Shown: positions 25,991-26,920 of the stretch, piece after piece
Layout: each line of letters begins with the position of its first letter
Numbering within the stretch: position 1 is the stretch's first letter
Virus record (IMG/VR): IMGVR_UViG_3300037876_000057
Coordinates: 1-26,920 of that record
DNA length: 26,920 nucleotides
Strand: one strand, 5' to 3'
Source: a virus
Lineage: Duplodnaviria; Caudoviricetes
Translations under genes and position numbers: made by a program
Notes under the pieces: model-generated
Databases searched by the model: none
The model's input: the letters and a program-made list of their open reading frames with translations, nothing else
What the model was told of the DNA's origin: nothing

Positions 25991-26920
25991 TGGTACGAAA
26001 AGCAATTTATAAACACGCTACACAAGTAGATACTGCAACATATCCAGATGATGGTTCATCCCCAGTCGGTTCTAATGAATGGAATGAAGCACCAGATCAA
26101 GCAGGAATGATTGGTAATACTCCAACAACATCAACAATTACAATAGCAACTGGTGTAGCAACAATAACAGATTCAGTTACAGTAGTAGCAGCAGAAACTG
26201 GCACTACTGACACTTTAGATAAACTATCAATTACAAACACAAATGAATTCGATCTTGTATATCTCTTCGCAGATACAGGTGATACGATTACACTAACACA
26301 TACTTCAAGCCCATCAGCAGACGGTCACATAGCAACTGTGAGTTCTGTAGATGAAACACTTTCTTCCACAACCCCAACAATACTTATCAGGAAAGGTAAT
26401 TACTGGTACGGTTACGGTGGAGGAGTGGTTAATGCGGTAAGCGACATCGGGGATGTAACCATTACTTCAAACAGTGCAGGAGAGATTTTAAAATGGAATG
26501 GTTCAGCATGGGTTAATAATACTTTAGCAGAAGCAGATATTGGTTCAGCAACAGCAGTTGCATTAAACACATCTAAAACAGGAATTACAAGTGGACAAGC
26601 AAGTGCAATAACAGCAAATACAGCAAAAGTTACTTACCCTTCAGCAGATTCAACTAAACTAGCAGGGATTGAAGCAAGTGCAACTGCTGACCAGACTGGT
26701 GCTGAAATTAAATCTGCATATGAGGCTGAGACTAATGCATTTACAGATTCACAATTTACAAAACTATCAAATATAGAGACATCAGCCACTGCTGACCAAA
26801 CTGATGCAGAAATCAGAACCGCAGTTGAAGCAGCCACTGACTCAAACGTATTCACTGATGCTGATCATTCTAAATTAAATGCTATTGAAGCAAGTGCCAC
26901 AGCTGATCAATCCAATGCAG
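25990..26920 (+). CDS. Tail fibre protein, 3'-truncated by the window (not in ORF track)
   Basis: Open from ATG 25990 (MVRKAIYKHATQVD) to the end. DIGDVTITSNSAGEILKWNGSAWVN motif and KLxxIExSATADQ repeats. Confidence 0.8.
   Translation, partial: MVRKAIYKHATQVDTATYPDDGSSPVGSNEWNEAPDQAGMIGNTPTTSTITIATGVATITDSVTVVAAETGTTDTLDKLSITNTNEFDLVYLFADTGDTITLTHTSSPSADGHIATVSSVDETLSSTTPTILIRKGNYWYGYGGGVVNAVSDIGDVTITSNSAGEILKWNGSAWVNNTLAEADIGSATAVALNTSKTGITSGQASAITANTAKVTYPSADSTKLAGIEASATADQTGAEIKSAYEAETNAFTDSQFTKLSNIETSATADQTDAEIRTAVEAATDSNVFTDADHSKLNAIEASATADQSNA
26656..26920 (+). repeat. Coding tandem repeats (35-37 aa) in the fibre
   Basis: Units start at 26656, 26761 and 26872 with KL(AG/SN/NA)IE(A/T)SATADQ. 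Confidence 0.8.

Noticed and set aside
1-26920. tRNA, rRNA, integrase, transposase, terminase or amoC-type auxiliary gene
   Set aside because: No recognisable motifs were found by eye in this window.

Overview
The window is part of a head-tail (siphovirus-like, HK97-fold) dsDNA virus genome. The host is most likely an ammonia-oxidising archaeon (Nitrososphaerota/Thaumarchaeota, Nitrosopumilus-like). Support for that host comes from a PEFG-CTERM surface-protein gene, archaeal TATA boxes about 29 nt before most start codons, oligo-T terminators and many Cys-rich microproteins. 7.5-26.9 kb (+) is the morphogenesis module: portal, membrane proteins, prohead protease, scaffold, major capsid protein, adaptor, tail completion and terminator, tail tube, frameshifted tail chaperone, tape measure, tail-tip proteins and a truncated fibre. 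No terminase was recognised. 0.1-7.2 kb (mostly -) is accessory: a class II glutamine amidotransferase plus amidoligase operon, a PD-(D/E)xK nuclease and chains of tiny Zn-binding ORFs. The most unusual signal is three ORF-free, hairpin-dense minus-strand segments (about 710, 160 and 140 nt). Each starts exactly 29 nt downstream of its own TATA box, the same spacing the protein genes use, which suggests a set of viral structured ncRNAs that I do not recognise. The largest heads the amidoligase operon and carries four self-complementary UACGUACGUA elements. All calls come from manual reading; no searches or folding programs were run.
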